Shown here one piece after another: positions 8,939 to 18,191 of a stretch of 64,000 bases of DNA. The notes beneath the pieces are model-generated. The model saw only the letters and a list, made by a program, of their open reading frames with translations, made no database searches and was not told the origin of the DNA. The DNA is taken from IMG/VR virus record IMGVR_UViG_3300028800_000001, positions 248,001 through 312,000 of that record. One strand, 5' to 3'. Each line of letters opens with the position of its first letter. Position 1 is the stretch's first letter. The position numbers were made by a program, and so were the translations under genes.

Positions 8939-9233
8939 GGAAGAACGAGAGGTACTGCGAGCACAAGAGTGCATCCAGCGTGATGAGTATGAAGACATTG
9001 CCAAGGCTGCACAGCGCGATTCGCAAGATGGGCAAATTCTGCTTGAAGCCCTGCAACAAAAACGTCGTGAGCTCTTGCTTAAAACATCCTTTACAGGCAC
9101 CGCAGCCGAGCGTCTACTCAAACTGCATCTCACAGTGCGTGAAAGTGATGAGGATATTGCACAAACGCGACTGCTTATTCACAATGCAGAAAAAACAGTC
9201 GAAGAAATTCGTAAGAAACTTTATGGAGGATAA
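8928..9233 (+). CDS. small coiled-coil hypothetical protein
   Basis: Overlaps upstream stop; shares GTAxE motif with previous gene. Confidence 0.55.
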   Translation: MPTEEEREVLRAQECIQRDEYEDIAKAAQRDSQDGQILLEALQQKRRELLLKTSFTGTAAERLLKLHLTVRESDEDIAQTRLLIHNAEKTVEEIRKKLYGG

Positions 9234-9236
9234 TCT

Positions 9237-9398
9237 ATGTGGACGATTTTAGGTCTTTTTATTGCAGTTGTTCTTACCATCCTTTTAGTCTTCTGGCTCT
9301 ACATCTGGATATGGTACACCAGACGTGGTGGCGTTGAAGGGCCATCCGAAGCCATTTCTGAGTGGATCAATGTGTGGATCGAATCTCACTCCAATTAA
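9237..9398 (+). CDS. 53-aa single-pass membrane protein (below ORF-track cutoff)
   Basis: GGAGG SD; MWTILGLFIAVVLTILLVFWLYIWIWY. Confidence 0.55.
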   Translation: MWTILGLFIAVVLTILLVFWLYIWIWYTRRGGVEGPSEAISEWINVWIESHSN

Positions 9399-9407
9399 CA
9401 CGCATTC

Positions 9408-9441
9408 CCCCGTTTCCTTTTTTGGAGCGGGGTTTTATTTT
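9408..9441 (+). terminator. intrinsic terminator
   Basis: CCCCGTTTCC/GGAGCGGGG stem + T-rich tail. Confidence 0.6.
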
Positions 9442-9465
9442 TCTGAAAATACAATGTAAAAACCC

Positions 9466-9545
9466 TTGACGGTAGTATCTTCTTACGGTATCATTCGTGT
9501 ATAAGAAATAAACGAAAACGTTATTTGAAAACTATTCAAGGAGAA
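9466..9545 (+). promoter_or_regulatory. sigma70-type promoter with conserved leader AGAAATAAACGAAAA
   Basis: TTGACG-17-TATCAT; leader motif 9504-9518; TCAAGGAGAA SD. Confidence 0.7.
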
Positions 9546-9551
9546 AAAGAA

Positions 9552-9779
9552 ATGAAGCTTTCACTGAGCCGCAAACCTTCCAACAATCAGGTACTTGCTT
9601 CTGCTGTTGAGTATGCAAACGAGCTGTACGCACAAAATAAGGTGGTGGATAATGAAACCCTTACGACTGTTGTGGCTGGTCTTGCAACGTTGTACGCCTC
9701 AGAACATAAAGGAGTAAATCAAGAGCAGCTTAATTTGTTCATGAGTGCACTCATTCATACGTACCGCTCTCAGCAATAA
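9552..9779 (+). CDS. hypothetical protein
   Basis: Own promoter, SD and terminator (9789-9813). Confidence 0.65.
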   Translation: MKLSLSRKPSNNQVLASAVEYANELYAQNKVVDNETLTTVVAGLATLYASEHKGVNQEQLNLFMSALIHTYRSQQ

Positions 9780-9855
9780 AACCCCTTCACCCGCTTTTTT
9801 GAAGCGGGTTTTTCTTGTTCTGAAAATAGCCTAAAGATATTTAAGGAGAGAACTA

Positions 9856-10242
9856 ATGCAAACTTCTTTCATCTATACACGAACCGAAAAGACTGGCAAG
9901 ACGCGCAAGACCACGTATCCTGATTTTTTAGCAGCCTCTTCACAAGCGTTGCGCGACAGCAAAAACGGATGGGCAACAGGCGTCAGTATTGCACGCACTG
10001 ATACTGGAAAGATCTGGAACGAGCTGGGAGAGATTGAAGCAACCACACGCATGATCCGCAAGGCCATCCTGCACGAACAGCTTGCGTTCACCAAATATGA
10101 TTTCCAAACAGCGGTCATTCAAGGCAGGTTTGAAAAGCTGGAGAGCACACCATTGGTTGTGGCCTGGGCACAGCATCCCTGGTGCAAGGAAAGCTACACC
10201 CGTTGTTATAACATTTTACTGCTGGATCGTGAAGTCTTTTAA
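9856..10242 (+). CDS. hypothetical protein
   Basis: AAGGAG SD; 128 aa. Confidence 0.6.
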   Translation: MQTSFIYTRTEKTGKTRKTTYPDFLAASSQALRDSKNGWATGVSIARTDTGKIWNELGEIEATTRMIRKAILHEQLAFTKYDFQTAVIQGRFEKLESTPLVVAWAQHPWCKESYTRCYNILLLDREVF

Positions 10243-10253
10243 GGAGCAAAATA

Positions 10254-10454
10254 ATGCAGAACAAAGACAACAACAAACAGGTTTCCCTCATTGGTTCAGC
10301 CTTACTCATCCTGGTGTGCAGCTTTCTTCTTATTCATCTCCTGGCCTGGGGTGCATCGCTCTTTGACATAGAACTTTCACAGGGCATTGATTTCATCTTG
10401 ATTTGTATCATGCTTGCCCTTTCTGGAGAGGTCAACGTCTGGTATACGCTCTAA
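10254..10454 (+). CDS. small two-TM membrane protein
   Basis: AAGGAG SD; two hydrophobic segments. Confidence 0.55.
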   Translation: MQNKDNNKQVSLIGSALLILVCSFLLIHLLAWGASLFDIELSQGIDFILICIMLALSGEVNVWYTL

Positions 10455-10471
10455 GGTTAGAACGGTATTGC

Positions 10472-10512
10472 CGTTCTACCACTATACAGTTTTGGTGGTA
10501 GAACGGTATTTT
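10472..10512. terminator. terminator between convergent genes
   Basis: CCGTTCTACCA/TGGTAGAACGG stem + T-run. Confidence 0.6.
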
Positions 10513-10519
10513 TATTGCT

Positions 10520-11386
10520 TCACATCCATACGGCCACGCTTGTTTTAGGATACCAGTGGCATATTCCACCAGACCAGTTTTGTGCTCTTACTGCAACACC
10601 GCGTGTATCTACTGTGTCATATTCTGGAGTAAGAGGAATACCACGGAACCTTCCTGCCAGCCGCTCTGGCCCATAGGCACTTTTAAAGATACCGCTATCA
10701 CGGGCTGGTAGCGTGCCATAAATTGCCACAAAGTATTTCTCCATGCTGTTATAGAGATCAACAATCATCTGGTTGGTGGTATCGGTCATTTTTGCTTCTC
10801 CTTGAGGTAATGCCGTGGTAGGACGCTCCATCCAGGGCGGAACAACAACGGTTGCGGAAACAAGTAAAAGGGCATGACTACTGTAGGTTCTGGGACCAGG
10901 GCGCAGGGAACCAGGATCAAAGAGATCAGTACAATTGGCACTATCGCGCACCAGATAGTTCCCGTTGCTTTCTCCTGAGAGCACAATAATGTGATTGCCG
11001 CTGGGAGTCCAGGGATATGGATTGTGCCCTAAGTCCTCATCGTAAACAGAGGCTTCCGCCACAGCGACCAGAACTGGATAGCCAACAGCAAGCCAGGAGA
11101 GGCAGGCAGCAGTGGTTGTTTCTGTTGCTTGGTAATGCAGCCCTACCTCTTTAAGCAAGGCGTATTCTTGCTCTAGGGTCATGCCAGCCGTATTGTCGCT
11201 GCTAGTCGAGCCATCATAGGTCTCATACGCTGTTTCAGCACGACTAATAACTTCTGCTGCGGAAAGTGTAGGCAAATGACCACAGGGGGCCATAGAGAGG
11301 CACATCATGACGGCAAAAAAGCCACACTCAAATTCTGATTTTGCAGGCTGAAATTGATCGGCCTGCATAAAGCTGGCAACTTCCAT
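10520..11386 (-). CDS. peptidase C39-like (papain-fold) protein with C-terminal LGFP-like segment; possible lysis enzyme
   Basis: ECGFFAVMM (Cys), GYPVLV, GNHIIVLSG (His), YLVRDS (Asp); FRGIPLTPEY...QNWSGG tail. Confidence 0.65.
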   Translation of the reverse strand: MEVASFMQADQFQPAKSEFECGFFAVMMCLSMAPCGHLPTLSAAEVISRAETAYETYDGSTSSDNTAGMTLEQEYALLKEVGLHYQATETTTAACLSWLAVGYPVLVAVAEASVYDEDLGHNPYPWTPSGNHIIVLSGESNGNYLVRDSANCTDLFDPGSLRPGPRTYSSHALLLVSATVVVPPWMERPTTALPQGEAKMTDTTNQMIVDLYNSMEKYFVAIYGTLPARDSGIFKSAYGPERLAGRFRGIPLTPEYDTVDTRGVAVRAQNWSGGICHWYPKTSVAVWM

Positions 11387-11397
11387 GTGAGTACTCC

Positions 11398-11970
11398 TTA
11401 TGGTTTAAAAATGGCGACAAGAATAGAAGCACTGGCAATGATCACTAAGATGATGCTGATACCGATGGTGATCATTGCCCTGGCATCAGTGGTATTTTGT
11501 TGTGCGGTCGCAGTCCCTTCTTTTGTACCAAGCTTTGAGGCTTCGATAGCGACAATACGACTTTTTAAATCATCGATTTTATCGTCACTGGCGCGGGTTG
11601 AGGCCGAGAGCAAGGTTTCAACAGCTTTAATGCGTTCAATAGTAGCCGTCTCGGATTTCGTGATTGATTTCTCACTAGAAGCTGTTTGCGCGGCCACTGC
11701 CTCTTTTTGTGCTGCAAGGGCTGCGTTTAGAGCGTTTGTAGTATCTTGTTTTTGCTCAGCCGTTCTGGCATCAAGCATAGAGAATTGCGTCATAAAATGA
11801 GTAGCCGTGGCAGAAAGGCGTTCTCTAAAAAGTTCATCGATGTGTCTGGTTTCTGCTCGTATCAAATTCCTCAGCGTTGCTTCTAAACGATCAGAAGCAG
11901 CGGTGGTAAGCGTCGTAGGATCGGGAACAGGCCGTACATCGTTACGCGTTCCGTCTTTCGTTTCATCCAT
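11398..11970 (-). CDS. coiled-coil protein with C-terminal TM anchor, paralog of 11982-12563
   Basis: AQKEAVAAQTASSEKSITKSETAT; C-terminal hydrophobic helix. Confidence 0.65.
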   Translation of the reverse strand: MDETKDGTRNDVRPVPDPTTLTTAASDRLEATLRNLIRAETRHIDELFRERLSATATHFMTQFSMLDARTAEQKQDTTNALNAALAAQKEAVAAQTASSEKSITKSETATIERIKAVETLLSASTRASDDKIDDLKSRIVAIEASKLGTKEGTATAQQNTTDARAMITIGISIILVIIASASILVAIFKP

Positions 11971-11981
11971 AGAGAGTTCCT

Positions 11982-12563
11982 TTATGTTGCAAAGTGGAAG
12001 ATGATTGCAAAGATCACGCTTGCGGTGGCAACCAGAATGCCAGAGGCCGCAATGATGTAGCTCCAGAGTTGGGATGCCCCTAGACTTCTCCCAACGGCTG
12101 AACTGTGTGAAGCACGCAAGTCATTGACCTGTCGTTGGAGCTCTTCATGACGTGTTTCATAGGCAGAAAGAGAAAGCAATTGTGTCATAGCAAGGCGCAA
12201 ATCAGCTTCAGCTTGACTGTGGGCATCCGAATTTTTCTCGATCAGTTTTCGTAAGGCTTCTATTTTTCCTTCAAGAGAGGTGGTAAGTGCTAATACTTCA
12301 TTGCGTGGAATATAGGTCTTGGTTTGATCAGCCATTGCTGCGCGAAAACCATTCATGGCCTCAAAGCGCTTGTCGGTTGCGGTTTCCGCTTTTAAAATGG
12401 CCTTTTCAGAAGAGGTAAAAGCAATGATCATTGCTTCTTTTTGAGCTGTATGAGAAGCGTCCATTGCAGCCTGCAAAGCATGAAAACGCTCTTCATAGTT
12501 TTTCTGTCGCTCTTCAAGAATGCGTTCAAAGAACGTCTTGAGATCAATGTTCATCTTCACCAA
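11982..12563 (-). CDS. coiled-coil protein with C-terminal TM anchor
   Basis: AQKEAMIIAFTSSEKAILKAETAT; C-terminal hydrophobic helix. Confidence 0.65.
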   Translation of the reverse strand: MVKMNIDLKTFFERILEERQKNYEERFHALQAAMDASHTAQKEAMIIAFTSSEKAILKAETATDKRFEAMNGFRAAMADQTKTYIPRNEVLALTTSLEGKIEALRKLIEKNSDAHSQAEADLRLAMTQLLSLSAYETRHEELQRQVNDLRASHSSAVGRSLGASQLWSYIIAASGILVATASVIFAIIFHFAT

Positions 12564-14134
12564 TCCTCAAAGATGCCACGCTCCATTGCGCCGCCATTTT
12601 GTTCAGTACTCTCGAAAGGTTTCTCAGGAAGTATCTCTTCTGTACTTTCTTCACCTAAAAGCCGCATATTCGGTTGATTAGGATTGAAAAGCACCTCGCA
12701 ACCACGACTCACAGTGTCCACGACATCATCATGCGCCCCTTTGGGGAAGTTGAGCAGTTCTTTCTCCATAATCGTGAGGTATTCAGCAAACTGGAGATGA
12801 TAGACTTGACCAGCTTCGTAAAAGACACTGGCAGAAATAGCACGTGACACTTTATCTTTGTGTGGTGTAAACGGACGTACTGGGATGCCCCAACGGACAA
12901 TAAGCTCTTGAGTCATCGTGAGCTGAAAAGCGGTCGCCTCGATTTCCACAAAATTATGCCGATACCGCTGGTAGCAGAGGGCAATTGCTCGTTGTATCTC
13001 AGGGCCGGTCATATGATCACGTTGCTGCTCTACTAAGAGCAGTTCATTATCAGGGGTTGCAGCCCAGGTGGAGATCACGGTGTAGTCAGCCGTTGTCTTG
13101 AGACTCGCTGCAAGGTCAACGGTGGCAAAGAGCCAACACTTTGCACGTGCCACATTTTTGTCACCATAGCGGGTATGCAGGGTATAGTGATTTTCATGAA
13201 TCGTGAAGTAGACAAAGTGCTCTTGTTTGAAAATATCGCCACCAAGAGGGGAAGGACTTTGCTGATACTGTGCTGCGTAGGCTGAAGAGCCCAAAGCAAC
13301 TTTTAACTTCTCCAGCTCTCGGTGTCCAACTTGTGCAGGCCAGAGCAATTGTCCTTCTTCAGTGCGCGGGTCTTCCCAGCCAATTTCGGTGTAGCAGCGG
13401 CGAGACGGCTCATACTCGGCTGGTAAGCAGAGATGCGTATAGCCACCTTGTTCAAGCACATGACCTGAGAGATCACGCTCGTGGATGCGCTGCATGATAA
13501 TGACTTTTGATCCCTTCTTCGGATCATTGAGACGCGAAGACATCGTCGTGTCCCACCATAACAGTGCTTCTTCGCGTTTTGTATCAGAATAGGCTTCAAG
13601 CACGTTATGCGGATCATCCACTAGTAGGGCGTCGCCACCTTCACCAGTTGCCGCTGAACCTACGGAAACTGCCATACGGTAGCCTCTGTGATTGTTCTCA
13701 AATCTTCCCTTGGCTTTTTGGTCTTTAGAGAGATAGAAGCAATTACCATAGCGTGCCTGAAACCAGTCTGATTCGATGAGGATCTTGCACTTGCGGTTGT
13801 CTCGAATAGCCAGCGACAGTGCGTAGGAGGAGCAGAGCCAGCGCTTAGCGGGGGTATCGATCCAACTCCACATCGGCCAAAAGACACTCACAATCAGGCT
13901 CTTCGCGTGTCGAGGAGGAATGTTGATCAGCAGGTTACGGATATCGCCTCTATTGACTGCCTCCAGGTGATCAATGAGTGCATCAATGTGCCAACCAGGA
14001 ACATACGGTGTGGTTGGCTCAATGACGTGCCATGCCTGCTTTACAAATTCACGCAGGTCACGGCGTCCTTGTTCTGCTTTCACCCGTTCTAATAAAGAAA
14101 GTGGGGAATGTGGGAATGTGGGAATCGCCACCAT
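12557..14134 (-). CDS. terL: terminase large subunit
   Basis: INIPPRHAKS Walker A, ATGEGGDALLVDDPH Walker B, IMQRIHERDLSG, AQYQQSP, TVDLA and HDDVVD RNase H-like nuclease motifs. Confidence 0.95.
   Translation of the reverse strand: MVAIPTFPHSPLSLLERVKAEQGRRDLREFVKQAWHVIEPTTPYVPGWHIDALIDHLEAVNRGDIRNLLINIPPRHAKSLIVSVFWPMWSWIDTPAKRWLCSSYALSLAIRDNRKCKILIESDWFQARYGNCFYLSKDQKAKGRFENNHRGYRMAVSVGSAATGEGGDALLVDDPHNVLEAYSDTKREEALLWWDTTMSSRLNDPKKGSKVIIMQRIHERDLSGHVLEQGGYTHLCLPAEYEPSRRCYTEIGWEDPRTEEGQLLWPAQVGHRELEKLKVALGSSAYAAQYQQSPSPLGGDIFKQEHFVYFTIHENHYTLHTRYGDKNVARAKCWLFATVDLAASLKTTADYTVISTWAATPDNELLLVEQQRDHMTGPEIQRAIALCYQRYRHNFVEIEATAFQLTMTQELIVRWGIPVRPFTPHKDKVSRAISASVFYEAGQVYHLQFAEYLTIMEKELLNFPKGAHDDVVDTVSRGCEVLFNPNQPNMRLLGEESTEEILPEKPFESTEQNGGAMERGIFEDW
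14104..14125 (+). repeat. Triple 8-bp direct repeat GGGAATnT, copy 2 (inside 5' end of terL)
   Basis: GGGAATGT GGGAATGT GGGAAT. Confidence 0.7.
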
Positions 14135-14139
14135 AGAAA

Positions 14140-14205
14140 AAATCCTTCATTGTGCACACAAAATTTAAGAAAGGATTTGCATTTGTGTTTTTCAATGAAG
14201 GATTT
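14140..14205 (-). promoter_or_regulatory. hairpin occluding terL ribosome-binding site
   Basis: 13-bp inverted repeat 14140-14152/14193-14205 covering GAAGGA upstream of ATG 14134. Confidence 0.55.
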
Positions 14206-14224
14206 AAAAGATGGTTCTTCTGCT

Positions 14225-15205
14225 TTAAATCTTGGGGGAACCAGTGTAGGGCTTAATGCTTGGATTGTTGCCAATATGCATCTTGCTCACTTCACTAAAG
14301 AAGTCTTGCACTGTTGTCGTCTTTGCGAGCCCTCGCTTTTTGAAGGTACTGACGCTGTTACTCAATTGATCAAAACGCTTTGAGATCGTGGCAAGGTCTT
14401 GCTTGGAGGTATAAGGCTCTGCTGCTTTGATTGCCTCTTTACTTTTCTCCACGATTTTTTTGATCGCATCAAGACCAGCATGTGTAATCGGCTCATCCTT
14501 TTTCTTCTTCAGGAGAAAGTTGTTGTCTGGCATCTTTGTGTCATCAATGGGATTTTTTGCATTGGGGCCATGATGAATATTCGTGTGTGAGACGGTGCCA
14601 TCTTGTTCCACCCGAATATTATTGCCATCTTTGCGGTCGCCCAGGCCGGTGACGTATTGCACTGCAAGGTTGCGCAGAGCATCATCCCCACTCATTTTAT
14701 CCACGCCTTTCACCCCTTCTTCTGACCCAGGCATGTGTGCACCAGTTGTATTGATGCCGTCTTCCACCAGATAGCTTGTTCCTTTGTCGTCTTTGGCAAC
14801 AGCAGCAGGGTGGATAATATCAGAGGCTCCAATAGCTTTTGCCATAGAGCTTGCACGCATTGCATTATTCTCTACTTCTTGTGCGGTGTAATTCTCTGTC
14901 TTGGTGCGCAGCGGCTCAATTTGGGTTGCACGATACTTTGTGCCATTAGAAGCGGTCATTGCAAACTGATGTGGATTGGCACGTAACTCTACACCACCGC
15001 CAAAGGAGACGACATCTCCAGCGGAAGTTTTTAGTGGAGCAAAGGTTGCCCCTTTGCCAAAGCTTTCAGGGAGTTTGCCACCCGCACCCGTTGAGGTGCC
15101 AGAAATAAATTGCCCATTGGCCGTGGAGTGATTCGTATTTCCTTTATAGTCTAAGACGGTTTCACGTAACTGCTGCATTGCTGCAACAAATTGATACTCT
15201 TCCAC
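14225..15205 (-). CDS. tagged effector with degenerate HipA/PI3K-like kinase domain
   Basis: N-terminal KGNTNHSTANGQF tag; MAKAIGASDIIHP, QYVTGLGDRKDGN, but no DxG motif; GAGGAG SD. Confidence 0.55.
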   Translation of the reverse strand: MEEYQFVAAMQQLRETVLDYKGNTNHSTANGQFISGTSTGAGGKLPESFGKGATFAPLKTSAGDVVSFGGGVELRANPHQFAMTASNGTKYRATQIEPLRTKTENYTAQEVENNAMRASSMAKAIGASDIIHPAAVAKDDKGTSYLVEDGINTTGAHMPGSEEGVKGVDKMSGDDALRNLAVQYVTGLGDRKDGNNIRVEQDGTVSHTNIHHGPNAKNPIDDTKMPDNNFLLKKKKDEPITHAGLDAIKKIVEKSKEAIKAAEPYTSKQDLATISKRFDQLSNSVSTFKKRGLAKTTTVQDFFSEVSKMHIGNNPSIKPYTGSPKI

Positions 15206-15281
15206 TGGGACTCCTCGCGCAAAAAAATCCTTCAGTCGTTGTATTTTTGTTGACTGAAGGATTTGGGAGTGCGTCTCTATT

Positions 15282-15515
15282 CTACCCTATGTGGCGACTT
15301 TCGCGCAACCATTTTTCTAGTGCATTTTGATTGCCTTGATATGCTTTCCAGGCATCTCTGGCACACAGAGAAATTAAGGGCATTGCTGGATAGAGTGTTT
15401 TCGTCTGCCGATCAAGCACCCGACCGCACGGAAGGTTTTGCCAACGTGGATGATTCTTCTCTTCATCATCCACCAGATACACATTTTCGTTTCTGAGATA
15501 TCCTATAATTTTCAT
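15282..15515 (-). CDS. small paralogous protein (putative immunity family) copy 1
   Basis: GRVLDRQTKTLYP...LISLCARDAWKAYQG...LEKWL. Confidence 0.65.
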   Translation of the reverse strand: MKIIGYLRNENVYLVDDEEKNHPRWQNLPCGRVLDRQTKTLYPAMPLISLCARDAWKAYQGNQNALEKWLRESRHIG

Positions 15516-15535
15516 ATTTCTTTCTTCTTTCTTTT

Positions 15536-16324
15536 TTAACAATTGTGGAAGCGATACGGGATCGAAGCCGCATCTAGCTTATCAGTGATTGCTTTGGTTG
15601 CATACTTACGCTCCATGAAGACCACTTCTTCAATGTGCTTCACGCGTAACCCCTTGTGATACTGCACCTCTGGATAGGAACGCACCTGCTGCACACTGGT
15701 ATAGGAGAGGACGGTGTTGAGGTAACTGGTATCCACTGCTCGGTGATCAGGCGCGGCTACTGGCATTGCCACCAGTTCCATATAGCCACCAAGAGATGCC
15801 TTTCCCAGGCTGTCATCAAACGTAAAGGTCGCTTTACGAGCCACTACATCACGCTTGAACTTTACGGCGATTTGGCCGTACATGCCAACGCTATCACGGC
15901 TTCCTCCCAGCTCACCGTCTGGACTATTGGTCATATATCCGTAGACCGGACGTTTGGTTGGCTCCATATCTTCTGGATAGGAGAACATTGCCAGCTCAAA
16001 CCTTGCGCGTCCGTCAGGATGATACGAGCCACAAGAGTTCCCTGTTTCAAACTGTGATTTGAAGCGTCCTTCCTCAAGAATCTTTTCGAAGGCCGTAGAA
16101 CGAACACGCATCCAAAGACCACTTTCGTCTACCAGCTTTTTGACGTGGGCGTCTACCAGCTTTAAAAAAGCTTCAGCCGTGATGCCACGATAATTTGCAT
16201 GATATTTGACGGTATTCTCAGCATCCTTGTCATAGACGGCCAACATCTTGTCAGAAGGGCGAACATCTTTCAGACGATTGGATGCACCAGGAAAGCGTTT
16301 TGTCGTTGCAACAGCGGTACCCAT
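15536..16324 (-). CDS. DUF3626-like domain protein (putative ADP-ribosyltransferase), no KYN tag
   Basis: WMRVR, GRFKSQFETG, RPVYGY, YGQIAVKFK, TFTFDDSL, YPEVQYHKGL. Confidence 0.7.
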   Translation of the reverse strand: MGTAVATTKRFPGASNRLKDVRPSDKMLAVYDKDAENTVKYHANYRGITAEAFLKLVDAHVKKLVDESGLWMRVRSTAFEKILEEGRFKSQFETGNSCGSYHPDGRARFELAMFSYPEDMEPTKRPVYGYMTNSPDGELGGSRDSVGMYGQIAVKFKRDVVARKATFTFDDSLGKASLGGYMELVAMPVAAPDHRAVDTSYLNTVLSYTSVQQVRSYPEVQYHKGLRVKHIEEVVFMERKYATKAITDKLDAASIPYRFHNC

Positions 16325-16337
16325 AATAATCTCCTTG

Positions 16338-16413
16338 AATTAATTATTTTTTTATTTTCCCGCGTAAATCTCTTTACAAAATTAATTATATGCCACTAGT
16401 ATGTAAAAGACAA
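16338..16413 (-). promoter_or_regulatory. sigma70 promoter overlapped by paired AATTAATT motif
   Basis: TTGTCT(16413-16408)-17-TATAAT(16390-16385); AATTAATT at 16338 and 16380. Confidence 0.75.
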
Positions 16414-16456
16414 GCTTTTCTTCTATGAATATTCAGAAATACAGAAAAGTGGTACT

Positions 16457-17398
16457 TTACGCATGTGGGTTTTTTGCACGATAGGGAATGCCCAATGCTT
16501 TCAGCTTTTTTACGACTGCGGGTTTGATGTCAGAGCCGTTCTCAAAGACGACTTCAGCAATGTGAGACGTGTTGACGCCACCATGATATTGTGCTTCAGG
16601 GTACGTAGGAACTTCAGCAAGACTGGCATACTTGAGAGGGCTGTCATATTTGAGTGCTGCGAAGCCTGTATGATCTGGCTTTGAGAGTGCAGAAGGCAGC
16701 AAATAGCCAGCAGAAGAGAGTGAATCGTTGCCTGTCCAGGTTGTGTTGTCTTTTATACTCTCTTTTAAGCGTACGGAGACAGAGCCGTACATATCAACGG
16801 TGTCACCCCAACCGGCCTTTGTGGGATCAGCACTTTTGAGGCGTCCATCGCCGTCAGCCGAGAGATAGCCGTATATCGGACGATCTTCATCTTCAGTTTT
16901 CATTTGGTCGTAGCCAAAAAGGTCTTCTTCCACACTAGCGCGATGCCAAACATCCAATAATCCGCCAGATTTACCGGTTTCATGTTGTGATTTGAAGCGA
17001 CCATCTGTCAACACCTTGCCGAGTATTTGTGGACGCACTCGTATCCAGGGCTGTGCATCCTTAAAGAGATCAACTGCTTTTTGATCAAGCGCTTTGGTGT
17101 AGTCTTCAACGCTCATGCCAGCTTTGGCTGCTTTAAATGCAAAGACCGTGGCCTTATTGTTGTTATACTTATCAATGATTGCTTGTGGTGGTTTGAGCTT
17201 TTGTAAAATCTTAGGCACAAGGTTATTGGGATGCAGTGGATTCTTCGGTCCTGGCGTTCTGGTGCCATCGCGTGCCACAATCAGGTGCGCTTCTCCTGCG
17301 GTAGAAAAGCGTCCAAGATGATCATGATGTGGGTTGTACTTCTCTTGAAGTTGCAGCACAAGACGTTTAATCAGCCGAATGTCTTTTTGAAAATACAT
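16457..17398 (-). CDS. KYN-tagged DUF3626-like protein
   Basis: EKYNPHHDHLGRFST; WIRVRP, GRFKSQHETG, RPIYGYL, YPEAQYHGGV. Confidence 0.7.
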   Translation of the reverse strand: MYFQKDIRLIKRLVLQLQEKYNPHHDHLGRFSTAGEAHLIVARDGTRTPGPKNPLHPNNLVPKILQKLKPPQAIIDKYNNNKATVFAFKAAKAGMSVEDYTKALDQKAVDLFKDAQPWIRVRPQILGKVLTDGRFKSQHETGKSGGLLDVWHRASVEEDLFGYDQMKTEDEDRPIYGYLSADGDGRLKSADPTKAGWGDTVDMYGSVSVRLKESIKDNTTWTGNDSLSSAGYLLPSALSKPDHTGFAALKYDSPLKYASLAEVPTYPEAQYHGGVNTSHIAEVVFENGSDIKPAVVKKLKALGIPYRAKNPHA

Positions 17399-17466
17399 AC
17401 AAATCTCCAGGCAGAAAAAAGTGTGGTTGCTTTTTATTTTGTGTGAAGATTTGTATGAACGAAGTT

Positions 17467-17715
17467 TTACGAAGCAGGAATGATTTTGACACCTTTGAGC
17501 AATTCTTCTAGCTTGTTTTGGTCACCATCATACTTTTGCCAGGGATCACGTGCTCCCAGCGATACTAAGGGAAGGGGTGGATACAGTGTTTTACTATTGA
17601 GATCTAACACACACCCATATTTCAGGTCTTTGTTTCCGTGTTCTGGCACGTCGGCTGAGAGGACATAAAGATTGGGATCGTCAGGATGCGATGCAATGAT
17701 TGTTTGTTTTCCCAT
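17467..17715 (-). CDS. small paralogous protein (putative immunity family) copy 2
   Basis: GCVLDLNSKTLYPPLPLVSLGARDPWQKYDG; AAGGAG SD. Confidence 0.65.
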   Translation of the reverse strand: MGKQTIIASHPDDPNLYVLSADVPEHGNKDLKYGCVLDLNSKTLYPPLPLVSLGARDPWQKYDGDQNKLEELLKGVKIIPAS

Positions 17716-17731
17716 TGGGGGTTTCTCCTTA

Positions 17732-18178
17732 CTATGCAACTTTCTTTACTACTACTAATAACAAATTTTTGAGTGCCAAAATTTCTGCATCCTGTGCTTC
17801 AAGATGCTTTTTTAGCTCTTCATTTTCATGAAAGATCTTGAGCGTGGTTTGATACGTTTCTTCCGCTTGCAATTGCTGATGTCTTCCTAACACGTCTTGC
17901 CCGACCGATAAAATTGATAAGGCAACTAATTGGATGAATGTCTGGCTTGTCCACTGCACATACTGATTGGCGGTTGCATGAAAACCAGGAAAGCCAAGGA
18001 TGGCAAGAAATACAAAGAAGTAAGCACACCACATGTTGCTGAGCACATTGGTTACAAAAACCGCCACACGTTGATTGAAGCCACCTGCTTTGCGTTCTAA
18101 TGCTTGCAACACATTGACGTTACGCACTTTGTGTGGGTGTTCTTTGTGTTCATATAAAGTTACTTTGTGATCACTCAT
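17732..18178 (-). CDS. DUF1003-like membrane protein
   Basis: FNQRVAVFVT...MWCAYFF, WTSQTFIQLVALSILSVGQ, coiled-coil tail. Confidence 0.55.
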   Translation of the reverse strand: MSDHKVTLYEHKEHPHKVRNVNVLQALERKAGGFNQRVAVFVTNVLSNMWCAYFFVFLAILGFPGFHATANQYVQWTSQTFIQLVALSILSVGQDVLGRHQQLQAEETYQTTLKIFHENEELKKHLEAQDAEILALKNLLLVVVKKVA

Positions 18179-18191
18179 CGCTTCCTACTTC

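Noticed and set aside
14101-14125. G-quadruplex interpretation of GGGAAT repeats
   Set aside because: Only three G-tracts per locus.
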